64,000 nt of DNA from positions 8,752 through 72,751 of the forward strand of contig JAGDDD010000003.1 in NCBI GenBank assembly GCA_017958225.1, read 5' to 3'. This DNA comes from Alphaproteobacteria bacterium (GTDB lineage: Bacteria; Pseudomonadota; Alphaproteobacteria; CAAHEQ01; UBA3637). The notes below the pieces were generated by a model. It saw only the letters and a list, made by a program, of their open reading frames with translations, ran no database searches and was not told where the DNA came from. Shown one piece after another: positions 27,160-37,900 of this stretch. The position numbers were made by a program, and so were the translations under genes. Every line of letters begins with the position of its first letter. Position 1 is the first letter of the stretch.

Positions 27160-28188
27160 TTATTTATCTTCAAATAAAGGCATCGCTCGTTGCGGTTTTG
27201 CCAAGCCCAAATGCTCAAAGGCGGCATCGGACAGAACGCGTCCGCGCGGTGTTCTTTGTATCAGGCCCTCTTGTAACAGATAAGGCTCAATCACTTCTTC
27301 CAACGTGTCGCGCTCTTCGGACAGGGCGGCTGCCAAGGTGTCAATACCCACAGGCCCGCCGGCATATTTGCGTCCGATACAATTCAGGTAGCGCCGGTCA
27401 AAAGAATCCAAGCCGGCCTTATCAACTTCCAGTAGGGTGAGAGCTTTGTCGGCGATTTCGGCGTCGATGGCATCTTTAGCAGCGACAATGGCAAAGTCGC
27501 GCACGCGGCGGAGCAAACGTCCGGCCACACGCGGTGTTCCGCGGGATCTTTTCGCAATCTCGGCGGCGCCGTCATCCGTAATGCCGATTTTCAAAATGCG
27601 TGCCGCGCGTTGAACAATTTGTGCCAAATCAGCTACCGTGTAAAAGTTCAAGCGCAAAGGAATACCGAATCTGTCGCGTAGTGGGGTTGTCAAAAGGCCG
27701 GATCGTGTTGTCGCGCCAATTAGGGTAAAGGGCTTGAGGTCAATACGCACAGAGCGCGCCGCCGGCCCTTCGCCGATAATAATGTCCAGTTGAAAATCTT
27801 CCATGGCGGAGTACAAGACTTCTTCCACAGACGGATTGAGGCGGTGTATTTCGTCAATGAACAAAACATCATGTGCTTCCAAATTGGTTAAAATCGCGGC
27901 TAAATCCCCGGCGCGTGCCAACATCGGACCGGATGTCGGACGAAAGCCAACGCCTAATTCTTTGGCCACAATTTGTGCCAGGGTTGTTTTACCCAGCCCG
28001 GGAGGACCATGCAGCAAAATGTGATCCAAAGCCTCGCCCCGTTCTTTGGCGGCTTTGATAAAGACGCGCAGGTTGTCGCAACTTTGTTTTTGCCCGATAA
28101 AATCGTCCAAAGTTTGCGGTCGTATGCCCGCGTATAACTCGTCATCCGTTTCTAATTTTTGAGGGGTAATGAGTCGTTCTTCTTCCAT
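27160..28188 (-). CDS. ruvB: Holliday junction branch migration helicase RuvB
   Basis: 342 aa. [11 protein letters not shown] is present. Walker A is [11 protein letters not shown] and Walker B is [10 protein letters not shown]. The arginine finger region is also present. Confidence 0.97.
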   Translation of the reverse strand: MEEERLITPQKLETDDELYAGIRPQTLDDFIGQKQSCDNLRVFIKAAKERGEALDHILLHGPPGLGKTTLAQIVAKELGVGFRPTSGPMLARAGDLAAILTNLEAHDVLFIDEIHRLNPSVEEVLYSAMEDFQLDIIIGEGPAARSVRIDLKPFTLIGATTRSGLLTTPLRDRFGIPLRLNFYTVADLAQIVQRAARILKIGITDDGAAEIAKRSRGTPRVAGRLLRRVRDFAIVAAKDAIDAEIADKALTLLEVDKAGLDSFDRRYLNCIGRKYAGGPVGIDTLAAALSEERDTLEEVIEPYLLQEGLIQRTPRGRVLSDAAFEHLGLAKPQRAMPLFEDK

Positions 28189-28313
28189 AATCTTTCAGTC
28201 CCTATTGCCTGTTGAGTTCAATTGTAGATACTTTTCAAAAAAAAGCAAGCCCAAACTATTTTTTGCTGATATTTTTGCTTGATTTTTATGTAAAACATAA
28301 TAAGATAACAGGT

Positions 28314-29393
28314 ATGCAAACATTTCTGCTGATTGTCATTGTTTTCTTGTTGGCTGTGTTCTGTTTTGTTGTTTGGCAGAACATACATACAAAAGCCTCC
28401 GCAGATGTTTCCGCCCGTCAAGATATGTCTTTGCTGCGTCAGGAAATGACACAAGCGTTGTTGAACTTTAACGATTCTTTGCGTCAATCGTTGGACGGTC
28501 AGTTGGACAAAATGCGCGCGACCGTCAATGAAAAATTACAGGATACGCTGGACAAGCGAATCAGCGCCTCTTTCCTGCAGGTCAGTGAGCGCTTGGAAAA
28601 GGTGCATCAGGGGTTGGGCGAAATGCAAAATCTGGCACTGGGCGTCGGCGATTTGAAGCGCGTGTTGAGTAATGTTAAGACGCGGGGCGTATGGGGCGAA
28701 GTGCAGTTGGGTGCCCTGTTGGAGCAAATGCTCTCGCCGGACCAATACAAAAAAAATGTGAAAATCAAGCCGCAAACAACCGAGGTGGTGGAATATGCGG
28801 TCTGTTTGCCGGACGGGTTGATCCCTATTGACGCCAAGTTTCCTTATGAAGATTATGAGCGCATTTTGACCGCTTCCGAGTCGGGCGATGCTGCAGCGTT
28901 GGCTAAAGCCGGCGCAGATTTGGAGCGTCGTATTCGGGATGAGGCGAAACGTATTCATGATAAATATATCGAAGTGCCGACCACCACAGATTTTGGCGTG
29001 ATGTTCTTGCCGACGGAAAGCCTGTATGCCGAAGTGATGCGCCGTCCCGGCCTGTCCGCCGAAGTGCAGAAAAAATACAAAATTGCGATTACAGGGCCTT
29101 CCACTTTAGGCGCTTTTTTAACCAGTTTGCAAATGGGCTTTCGGACTTTGGCTATTCAAAAGCGTTCCGGTGAGGTGTGGCAAGCGTTGGCCGAAGTGAA
29201 AAACGAGTTTGAAAAATATGCGGCGTGGGTGGATAAATTACAATCGCAGGTGGCGACGGTGTCCAGAACTTTGGATGATGCCACAAAACGCACCAAGGCC
29301 ATCAACCGCAAGTTAAAGGATGTGTCAGAGGAAGTGCCGGCGCTGACGGACTCTTCTTTGCCGGATCAGATTAAAAAGGATTTGTTGTCTTGA
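28314..29393 (+). CDS. rmuC: DNA recombination protein RmuC
   Basis: The ORF track starts at a TTG at 28212. The ATG at 28314 gives [15 protein letters not shown], a TM anchor typical of RmuC. Conserved blocks are [16 protein letters not shown] and [11 protein letters not shown]. Confidence 0.88.
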   Translation: MQTFLLIVIVFLLAVFCFVVWQNIHTKASADVSARQDMSLLRQEMTQALLNFNDSLRQSLDGQLDKMRATVNEKLQDTLDKRISASFLQVSERLEKVHQGLGEMQNLALGVGDLKRVLSNVKTRGVWGEVQLGALLEQMLSPDQYKKNVKIKPQTTEVVEYAVCLPDGLIPIDAKFPYEDYERILTASESGDAAALAKAGADLERRIRDEAKRIHDKYIEVPTTTDFGVMFLPTESLYAEVMRRPGLSAEVQKKYKIAITGPSTLGAFLTSLQMGFRTLAIQKRSGEVWQALAEVKNEFEKYAAWVDKLQSQVATVSRTLDDATKRTKAINRKLKDVSEEVPALTDSSLPDQIKKDLLS

Positions 29394-29415
29394 ACACAAA
29401 ATAAAGGGGAGAAAA

Positions 29416-31062
29416 ATGACGAGATATATTTTTATTTTAGGTGGTGTGGTTTCCTCGCTGGGGAAGGGCATTGCCTCTGCCGCTATAGGCTCTTTGCTGC
29501 AAATGCGCGGTTATAAAGTGCGTATGCGCAAAATGGATCCGTATTTGAATATTGACCCGGGCACGATGTCTCCTTACCAGCACGGGGAAGTCTTTGTCAC
29601 CGATGATGGTGCGGAAACCGATTTGGATTTAGGGCATTATGAGCGCTTTGTCGGCGTGTCCTGTCATAAAACGGACAGCGTCTCCGGCGGTAAGATTTAC
29701 TATAATGTGCTGAACAAAGAAAGGCATGGCGATTATTTGGGCGCAACAGTCCAGATGATTCCGCATGTAACGGATGAACTCAAACTCTTTTTGGATTCGG
29801 ATATCACGGATGAAGACTTTGTGTTGTATGAAGTCGGTGGCACAGTGGGCGATATTGAAGGCACTTTATTTTTGGAAGCGATTCGCCAGTATGCCAATGA
29901 AAAAGGACATGACAAGTGCTGTTTCGTGTATCTGACTTTGTTGCCCTATATCGAGACGGCCGGCGAATTGAAAACCAAGCCGACGCAACAGGCAGTCAAG
30001 CGCTTGCTGGAAGCCGGTATTCAAGCCGATATTTTGTTGTGCCGCTCCCGTCAGGCTATCAGTCCGGAAGAAAGGCGCAAACTGGGCCTGTTCTGCAACG
30101 TGGCGCAAGAAGATGTGATTGCCGCGTTGGATGTGAAAAACATTTACGAGATTCCTTTGGCCTATCATAAAGAAGGCCTGGATGTTCAAGTCTTGAAGCA
30201 TTTCAATATGTTGGACACCGCGCCACAACCCGACCTGCAAAAATGGGAAAAAGTGCTGGATGTCATGAATCATTTTGAGCGTGAGGTCGATATCGCCATT
30301 GTGGGTAAATACTGTGGCTTGCCCGATGCTTACAAGTCTTTGCGTGAAGCCTTGGTCCATGGCGGTTTTAAGCACAAAGCCAAAGTCAATATGACCTGGA
30401 TCAACAGTGAAGAATTGGAGTGTATGTCCGATGAGCAAGTGGCGGCAAAACTGTGGCCTTTTGACGCGGTCTTGGTGCCTGGCGGCTTTGGCTCACGCGG
30501 GATAGAGGGCAAGATTAAAGCCATCCATTACGCCCGCACACAGCAAGTGCCTTTCTTTGGTATTTGTTTGGGTATGCAAACCGCGGTAATTGAAATTGCC
30601 CGTCATGTGCTGGGCATTGCCGACGCCAATTCGTCCGAATTTGACAAGCAAGGCACGCACATTATCAATCGTATGACGGTCTGGGAGCAAGACGGTAAAA
30701 AGATGATACGGCCGGAAGACGGTGATTTAGGTGGCACTATGCGCTTGGGCGCGTATCCTTGTGTCTTGAAAGACGGCTCACTGGCTCAAAAAGTCTATGG
30801 GGGCGCCAAAGAGATTGCCGAAAGACATCGGCACCGCTATGAAATGGATATCTCTTACGAAAAAGCCCTGCAAGAAAAAGGTGTGATTATCTCGGGAAAA
30901 TCGCCTGATGGGTTGTTGCCGGAGATTGTGGAAATACCGGAACATCCGTTCTTTATTGCCGGGCAGTTCCATCCGGAGTTTAAGTCAAAACCGTTTGCAC
31001 CTCATCCTTTGTTTGAAGGCTTTATAGAGGCGGCTTTGGGTTATCGGTCGCGACGCGGATAA
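29416..31062 (+). CDS. pyrG: CTP synthase
   Basis: 548 aa. [11 protein letters not shown], the KTKPTQ motif and the GATase triad region (GICLGMQ, HRHRYE) are present. Confidence 0.97.
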   Translation: MTRYIFILGGVVSSLGKGIASAAIGSLLQMRGYKVRMRKMDPYLNIDPGTMSPYQHGEVFVTDDGAETDLDLGHYERFVGVSCHKTDSVSGGKIYYNVLNKERHGDYLGATVQMIPHVTDELKLFLDSDITDEDFVLYEVGGTVGDIEGTLFLEAIRQYANEKGHDKCCFVYLTLLPYIETAGELKTKPTQQAVKRLLEAGIQADILLCRSRQAISPEERRKLGLFCNVAQEDVIAALDVKNIYEIPLAYHKEGLDVQVLKHFNMLDTAPQPDLQKWEKVLDVMNHFEREVDIAIVGKYCGLPDAYKSLREALVHGGFKHKAKVNMTWINSEELECMSDEQVAAKLWPFDAVLVPGGFGSRGIEGKIKAIHYARTQQVPFFGICLGMQTAVIEIARHVLGIADANSSEFDKQGTHIINRMTVWEQDGKKMIRPEDGDLGGTMRLGAYPCVLKDGSLAQKVYGGAKEIAERHRHRYEMDISYEKALQEKGVIISGKSPDGLLPEIVEIPEHPFFIAGQFHPEFKSKPFAPHPLFEGFIEAALGYRSRRG

Positions 31063-31946
31063 CGGGTGTTGTCCAAGAATAATTGAATCTGTTGTTGCGC
31101 TACCTGTCGTTCATCAGGTGTCATTTGCTGGGCTAAATCGTTGAGCTCCGGCGCATTTTGCTCCAAGTTGGTTTGGTGCGGAAAAGCAAACTCAACAGAC
31201 AGATATAACCATACATACGCGGTAATCAGCGCCGCACGATCTTCTTGCGAGCGAATCAGATAAATCTCATATAGTTTGCGTTGCGCAATCGGGTCGTCCT
31301 GTTCGGCGGCCTGGGTATACCATTTGATGGCTAAATCTTCGCGCGCTGGTGTGCCTTGCCCTGTATAATACATAAAGCCCAGGGCACGCATAGCCGGCAA
31401 GTTGCCTTGTTGAGCCGATTGGTAATACCAGGCGAGTGCTTTTTTATCATTTTTGGGTAATTTGCCGTTTTGATACAGAGTGCCCAGTTGATATTGACTT
31501 TCGCTGTCGCCCATTTGCGCTGATTTACGCAACCATTCAATTTCCCAAGCTTCATCTGTGGTAACGGGGGCGTCCAGTTTATATACCGGCATCGTTTTCA
31601 GTTTGGCAATTTCTTGTTCGGCTTGTTTATCGCCTTGAGCGGCGGCCTTTTTATACCAATATTCTGCGTGATAGACATCTTGTGCAATCAAAGGGCGACC
31701 GTATTGGTAAATCTTACCCAACGCAAACTGAGCTTCCATATAGCCCTGTTGTGCCGCTTTGGTCAGCCAGGCTACGATATCTCGGTAATCGGCATTGGGT
31801 TGCGCGCGCAGGTATTCTGCCCATTGAAATTGGGCTTGGCTTTGTCCGTCAAGAGCTTGCTGATAAATCTGTTCCGGTGTTGCCGCATGCGCGCAGATGC
31901 TTATCAGGGATAAACAGCCGACAACAAAGACAAGGTTAAATCGCAT
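31041..31946 (-). CDS. secreted Sel1-like repeat (SLR/TPR-like) protein
   Basis: 301 aa with a signal peptide ([10 protein letters not shown]). It has at least 5 Sel1 repeats ([60 protein letters not shown] and others). Its 3' end overlaps the pyrG 3' end by 22 nt, convergently. Confidence 0.85.
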   Translation of the reverse strand: MRFNLVFVVGCLSLISICAHAATPEQIYQQALDGQSQAQFQWAEYLRAQPNADYRDIVAWLTKAAQQGYMEAQFALGKIYQYGRPLIAQDVYHAEYWYKKAAAQGDKQAEQEIAKLKTMPVYKLDAPVTTDEAWEIEWLRKSAQMGDSESQYQLGTLYQNGKLPKNDKKALAWYYQSAQQGNLPAMRALGFMYYTGQGTPAREDLAIKWYTQAAEQDDPIAQRKLYEIYLIRSQEDRAALITAYVWLYLSVEFAFPHQTNLEQNAPELNDLAQQMTPDERQVAQQQIQLFLDNTRYPRRDR

Positions 31947-31948
31947 GA

Positions 31949-32893
31949 TTACTTTTTGGCTTCTTTTTGTGCCACTTCAAAGAAGAGGTCCACCGTATCT
32001 GCTTTTCCGACATTGCGGATGTCAAAGAAACGCAACAGGGGCACGGCGATGTATAAAGAAGACAAGGTGCCGACCGCTACGCCAAACAACAAGCAGACCG
32101 AAAATCCGCGCAACGTCTGTCCGCCCAACACTAACAAGGCCACCAACACCAACATGGTTGTGATGGATGTCAGCAAGGTTCTGGAAAGGGGTGTGTTTAG
32201 GCTTTTATTCAAAATGTCGTTCAAAGACCATTTGCGGAACAGTTTTAAGTTTTCGCGTACGCGGTCAAAATTGACGACTTTATCGTTGGTGGTATAGCCG
32301 GCCAAAGACAGCAAACCTGCCACCACCGTCATGTTCCAATCCATACCGGTTACCGAAAACAGCCCGACGGTAACAAACAGGTCAAAGGCAACTGTAAGCA
32401 AGCAAATTAAAGAAAATTGCCACTCAAAGCGCACCCAAATATACAGGGCAATCGCCGCCAAGGCCACTAAAGAGGCAATTAAACTTTGTTGGGCCAATTC
32501 GTCACCGATTTTGGGTCCGACGACTTCAACGCGGCGGTATTCCAATTTTTGATCTGCCAAGGCCTGTTTGATTTTTTGAACAGCGACAGCGGCCGATTGT
32601 TCGTTTTGAGAATCGACCAAGACGTGAATCATCATCTCTTTTTTCTCGTTACCTAAGGCCTGCAGGTTGATATCGCTGAAGTCAAGTTTGCTCAAGGTAG
32701 AGCGCACTTGCGCCATATCTATGGTCTGTTCGGGGGCATCTTCCGGCACTGCCACTTCAATTAACACACCGCCCAAAAAGTCAATACCGTAATTGAGGCC
32801 TTTGATAGCCAACGAGGCGCAAGATATCACGCAACACACAATGGCGATAACCAGGGCGTATTTACTTTGAGAAACAAAATCAATAGGTTTCAT
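31949..32893 (-). CDS. secF: protein translocase subunit SecF
   Basis: 314 aa with the SecD/SecF C-terminal 6-TM domain. It lies directly downstream of secD. Confidence 0.93.
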   Translation of the reverse strand: MKPIDFVSQSKYALVIAIVCCVISCASLAIKGLNYGIDFLGGVLIEVAVPEDAPEQTIDMAQVRSTLSKLDFSDINLQALGNEKKEMMIHVLVDSQNEQSAAVAVQKIKQALADQKLEYRRVEVVGPKIGDELAQQSLIASLVALAAIALYIWVRFEWQFSLICLLTVAFDLFVTVGLFSVTGMDWNMTVVAGLLSLAGYTTNDKVVNFDRVRENLKLFRKWSLNDILNKSLNTPLSRTLLTSITTMLVLVALLVLGGQTLRGFSVCLLFGVAVGTLSSLYIAVPLLRFFDIRNVGKADTVDLFFEVAQKEAKK

Positions 32894-32902
32894 ATTCAGC
32901 TC

Positions 32903-34468
32903 CTATATTTTAAGGGTTGTCGGCTTTTTGAAGTGATACCAAATCAAAATCAAGAACTTGGTGACCAACACGGCCGTAAATAAAGATGTCAGCACGCCCA
33001 AACCTAAGGTAACGCTAAACCCGCGGATGGGGCCTGTGCCAAAGAAGAACAAAACAATGGCCGCAATCAAGGTTGTGATTTGTGAATCGACAATCGCCGT
33101 GAAGGAATTGTCAAAGCCGGCATTGATGATTTGCAAGGGCGAACGACCCAATTGCGCTTCCTCTTTCATGCGGGCAAAAATCAGCACGTTGGCATCCACT
33201 GCCATACCAATGGTCAACACGATACCGGCCAAACCCGGCAAGGTTAAAGTTGCGCCTAACAGGCTGAGCACGGCAAACAACAAGAAGATGTTGATGCACA
33301 AGGCGATGTTGGCAAACAGGCCAAAGCGACCATACACCGCCAACATAAAGACGAAGACGGCAATACCGCCGATGATACAGGCAAACGCACCCGCGCGGAT
33401 CGAGTCAGAACCCAAACCGGCACCGACAATGCGTTCTTCAACCACTGTCAAAGGCGCAGGCAAAGCACCCGAGTTGAGCATCAAGGCCAAGTTGCCGGCC
33501 TGTTCAAAGGTAAAGCGCCCTGTGATAATGCCCGAGCCACCCGGAATATGCGAGTTGATGACCGGAGCCGAAATCACTTCGTTATCTAACACAATAGCCA
33601 AGCGACGACCGACATTTTCGCGTGTCGCTTTGGAGAAGTTTTTGGCACCCAAACTTTTGAACTTAAAGCCGACCGCAACACTGCCGTTGCTGTCTTCGGT
33701 AACATTGGCTTTTTCCAGTTGCTCACCGCCGACAATGACAGCACGTTTAATAATAATGGGTGCGGCATCGCCTTTGTCAATCAACACAGAATCCATCGGC
33801 ACTTTTTTACCACGACGCGTGTCGGCAAAAGACACGGTGTCATCTTCCAAGTGGAAGGTCAATTTCGCAGTTTTGCCTAAACGTTCTTTAATGGCTTTTG
33901 GATCTTGAACGCCCGGGATTTGTAATTGAATACGAGAATCGCCCTGTTTTTGGATGGAAGGCTCTGTCGTGCCGTTTTCATCCACACGGCGACGCACAAT
34001 TTCAATTGCTTGAGCAATGGCATCCGACAACATCATCTGCACCGCCTCATCCGTATAGGCAATGGACAGTGTGTCGCCATCTAATGAAACATCCAGGCCG
34101 CTTTCCAACTTTTTGATTTGAGAGATAGCCGAGGACGGATCACCTTTTTTGATTTTGATAACCAACACGCCTTTTTCAATCACGGGGCGTGTGAAGGTCA
34201 TGCGGGCTTCACGCAAAACGGAACGCACGCTGTCAGACAAAGAGTTCAGGCGCTCGGCGACCAAATCTTGCGCTTGAATCTCTAACAACAAACTGGAGCC
34301 GCCCTTCAAGTCCAAGCCCAACGGCATCGGTTGCCACCAAGATTGCATTGACTTGGGAACAGATGTTTTGTAAGTATCTGCGGACATAAAATTAGGGATG
34401 GAAAAAAAGATGGCAATAATCGCAACGACAATAATTGTCCAAGCACGCCATTTGGGATAACCGAACAT
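32903..34468 (-). CDS. secD: protein translocase subunit SecD
   Basis: 521 aa. It has LGLDLKGGSSLLLE, a periplasmic domain and a C-terminal RND-like TM bundle. Confidence 0.95.
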   Translation of the reverse strand: MFGYPKWRAWTIIVVAIIAIFFSIPNFMSADTYKTSVPKSMQSWWQPMPLGLDLKGGSSLLLEIQAQDLVAERLNSLSDSVRSVLREARMTFTRPVIEKGVLVIKIKKGDPSSAISQIKKLESGLDVSLDGDTLSIAYTDEAVQMMLSDAIAQAIEIVRRRVDENGTTEPSIQKQGDSRIQLQIPGVQDPKAIKERLGKTAKLTFHLEDDTVSFADTRRGKKVPMDSVLIDKGDAAPIIIKRAVIVGGEQLEKANVTEDSNGSVAVGFKFKSLGAKNFSKATRENVGRRLAIVLDNEVISAPVINSHIPGGSGIITGRFTFEQAGNLALMLNSGALPAPLTVVEERIVGAGLGSDSIRAGAFACIIGGIAVFVFMLAVYGRFGLFANIALCINIFLLFAVLSLLGATLTLPGLAGIVLTIGMAVDANVLIFARMKEEAQLGRSPLQIINAGFDNSFTAIVDSQITTLIAAIVLFFFGTGPIRGFSVTLGLGVLTSLFTAVLVTKFLILIWYHFKKPTTLKI

Positions 34469-34469
34469 A

Positions 34470-34832
34470 TCAGACTTCCTTTTTCTTTGAGGGTTTATTG
34501 GAGAGTATATCCATTTCGGATAACACTTGTGAGACAGCCGAACGCAAGATGGTGAGTTGCACGCCGGGGGCGACCTCTACACAGATATCACGTTCGTTGA
34601 GAATCTTTGTAATCTTGGCAAACATACCATTGACAATGACCTGTTGCCCGACCTTCAGGCTTTCCAGCATTTGCAATTGCTGACGCACCTTTTTTTGTTG
34701 CGGACGAATAAGAATAAAGTAAAAGATAGCGAACAGAATCACCATCTGTAAAATAATCTTCATGGTGGTATCCGCAGGTGCGGCGGCCATCGTATCCGTA
34801 GCGGTTTGAGCAACAACAGTTAGCATCGTCAA
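34470..34832 (-). CDS. yajC: preprotein translocase subunit YajC
   Basis: 120 aa. The motif ILFAIFYFILIRPQQKK...LKVGQQVIVNGMFAKI is present. It lies upstream of secD. Confidence 0.85.
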   Translation of the reverse strand: MTMLTVVAQTATDTMAAAPADTTMKIILQMVILFAIFYFILIRPQQKKVRQQLQMLESLKVGQQVIVNGMFAKITKILNERDICVEVAPGVQLTILRSAVSQVLSEMDILSNKPSKKKEV

Positions 34833-34908
34833 TTCCTCGATTGTTTTTTATGAAGATTCACTATAAATGTTTTTGTCAAAAATGCAACTGTTTTTTTTAA
34901 GTTTGTTC

Positions 34909-34937
34909 TTGACAACGGGCAACAAGGCTATGATAAT
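34909..34937 (+). promoter_or_regulatory. sigma70-like promoter candidate for the giant pilin-like gene
   Basis: TTGACA (34909-34914), a 17-nt spacer, then GATAAT (34932-34937). AAGAGG lies 7 nt before the ATG at 34958. Confidence 0.45.
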
Positions 34938-34957
34938 GACACACAAGAGGTTTGCGC

Positions 34958-37900
34958 ATGAAAATATTGAAAACACAACTGGGTTCTATGATTTTGGAGC
35001 AACTGGCGATTTTGGCGCTTGCGGGTGTGATGACGGTCGGCGGTGTGTATATTTATTCGGAAGTGTCCGCGCGTTTTCAGGCGGACAGCATTAAATCAGA
35101 GGCGCTGTTGCGTGCGACCAGTATTTTGAGCAGCTCGCGCTTTAGCAAAGCTGATGTGGGCGACACGATTTTAGCCAGTGAGTTCAAGCGCCCCGCCACG
35201 CCGGTCAGTTTTACGCAGAAAAAGCACAGTGAGGCGTTGATTGTGGTGTCCGCTTCGCAAATGCGCAAAAAGGTGTGCGAAAAGTTGCGCGACGCGCCTA
35301 TGGACAAAGATTTGCTTTCTATTTATATCAACTGCCCGAATCAAGAGGTGTCGAACTGTCGGTCTGTGGCGCAAGGCGGCGGCACTTGCCAAGACAACCA
35401 CAATAACACGGTCAGTTTCTTGATCGGCAAACTGAAAGGGCGCACCATCGGGGATCAACCTAATGATCAATGCCCGGACGAAGACAGACCGCTTTGCTAT
35501 ACGGTCGAATCCTACACGTATACGCCCGAAGGTGGCGAACCCATTACTTGCTATCATTATGAAGAAAAGTGCGTTGCTCCGTCGGTGTGCCGGCCGAACA
35601 ATACATGCGGATGCGACGAAGGCTATCGTTGGGATGCGGAGCAAGGATGTGTGGAAAGCGGTTGTTCTGCACCGACACCTTATCACAACGGGTCGGGCTG
35701 CGTGCAGTGTTTAGAGGACGCGGATTGTCCATCGGGGAGCGGACAGGTGTGTCAGTCCAACGGGTTCTGCGCTCCGGGTTGCGCGATGGATTTTAGTGAG
35801 CCCTGTGCGTCATGTTCTAATCCGCAAACACCGTATTTTAACGGGGGCTCCTGTGTCTGTCATGAGGACAGTTGCGGCGTCGGTTATGTATGCTCCGGAG
35901 GACGTTGTGTGGAAAAATGCGATTCTAAGTGTGAGGCGTATTTGAATAGCCATACAGACAGTTGTTGCCAGGGTTATTTTTGCGATACGGGCACCAGCAC
36001 CTCTATGATTGGTAAGTCATCCGAGGCGGGTACATGCAATCCAGTCAGATACAATATCAGCGGTCATTGGGCATGTTCTAAAACCGGGAACATGAACTGG
36101 TATGATGCGCAGGCTTTTTGCAACAAGTTAGATGCGCAGGTGCCGAATGCCGGTTTAGTTCATGACAATTTAGAAGCGGCCAGAACAGCGTGCGGTGATT
36201 TGGCGTCTGTTTGGTTGTCAGAAACCGGCATTTCAGACAAGTTGGGTTGGTATGCCGATTTAGGCGGTGATGCGACTGCGCGCGTGCAAACATTGTCAGC
36301 TTCATCAGCGGCTATGCACGCTTTGTGTTATCGTGAAGCAGAAGATCCTTATGCAGAGTGTTTAGAGGGGGCGCCTTGCGAGGATGGGCGAACCTGTATC
36401 AACGGCTTGTGTAATTGTGCCGTCAATGCGTATTGGGACGGGAACGGTTGTGTTGAGTGTCCTGTGGGCTGGAATCCTATTTATACCAACGGACATTATA
36501 CTTGCGGATGCGCGGATAATACCAAGTGTTGCGGAGTGGGCGAAAAGGTTGTGGTGGATGTCGGCAGCGGAGATACTTCTTGCGAGCCTTGTGCGCTCGG
36601 TTTTGAGCCGGACTCTGCCAAAACAGCGTGCCAGGCGTGTAACGCGAACTTTACACAAACATGTGCGACCTGCACCGATCCGGAAAAACCGTATTGGGAT
36701 GGCAGTCAATGTGTCAAGTCGGTCAATTGCACCGGCGATGATGAGTGCACGGGCAATGAAGTATGTGTTACCGCATCGGGTAAATGCTCATCTTGTTTAA
36801 GCGGAACATGGCGTAACAGCGATTGCGGCGGCAGCCCTTGCACCAGCGGCCAACATTGTGCTTTAACAGGGCTGAATAAGTGGGGTTGGATGACAGGCCT
36901 ATATTGTTCGGGCGAAGGTGCCGGCTCGGGTGGTGGCCGTTCGGTTGATGTCGTGATAGGTTCAAAGCAATACACTTATACTTATTACAATAAAGGACGG
37001 CACTCGTGGTTTGAATCTTATAATATATGTGAGGCGATAGGCGGATCTATACCATCAGCATCTGAAATATCTCAAAACTATCAAGCGATTGCGCAAGCAT
37101 TAGGCACTGTGGCGTATGTATGGTCGGGGGATGCCTTCTTTAATGAAAGCGATCAGATTTGTAAAGCACAAATTGTGTCGTTGAATACCGGAGATACCAG
37201 CACAGCAGGGGCGACCGGCAGTTATTTGACGATTTGTCGTATGGCTAAAGCCCACGAGGAGTGTAAATACAGCGGCGAATATTGCCGGACATCCGGCGAT
37301 TGTTGCACCGGCTCTGTGTGTATGAGCCAACTGTGCGAACCTTGTCCGGCGAATACGTATCGTTCGGATAATCAATGCTTGATGTGCGTTGAAGGATCAA
37401 CCGCATTGGAAGGGTCGGATGAATGCACCTGCGCGGCCGGCTCGGTGTGGGATAAAGGAACGAATACCTGTGCGCAATGCGAGGCCAATACCTATCAATC
37501 CGGGCAGGAATGTTTGCCATGCGAAAACGGCTCAACCGCGGTGGCCGGTTCCACCAAATGCGCCTGTGCCGACGGTTATTATTGGGATGAGGAAGAAAAT
37601 GCTTGTTATCAATGTACCAATGAAAATGCGGCCGATAAATGCACAGGCGTGCGTTGCACAACACAAGAACATTGTGGTGGTGTCGGCAGTAATATGTTCT
37701 GCGACAACGCCAGTAAAAGCAGCAATCGTGTCCGATATGGTTATTGTGCGGCGACGGGAACTTTGGCGGTTCCTTCTTACAGTTCTTCACGCGATCAGAC
37801 GGCCGTTAATAATGGTATCGGCCCCGCGTTGTTAGGCAGTAAGGCGGCTGCTGATGCTATTTTGGGCGGACATTTTGTGGTGTCTGCCGATAAAATGAAA

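Noticed and set aside
32958-33908. 316-aa ORF on the + strand
   Set aside because: It is antisense to secD. It has no start context and the sequence is low-complexity Lys/Pro/Ala/Ser.
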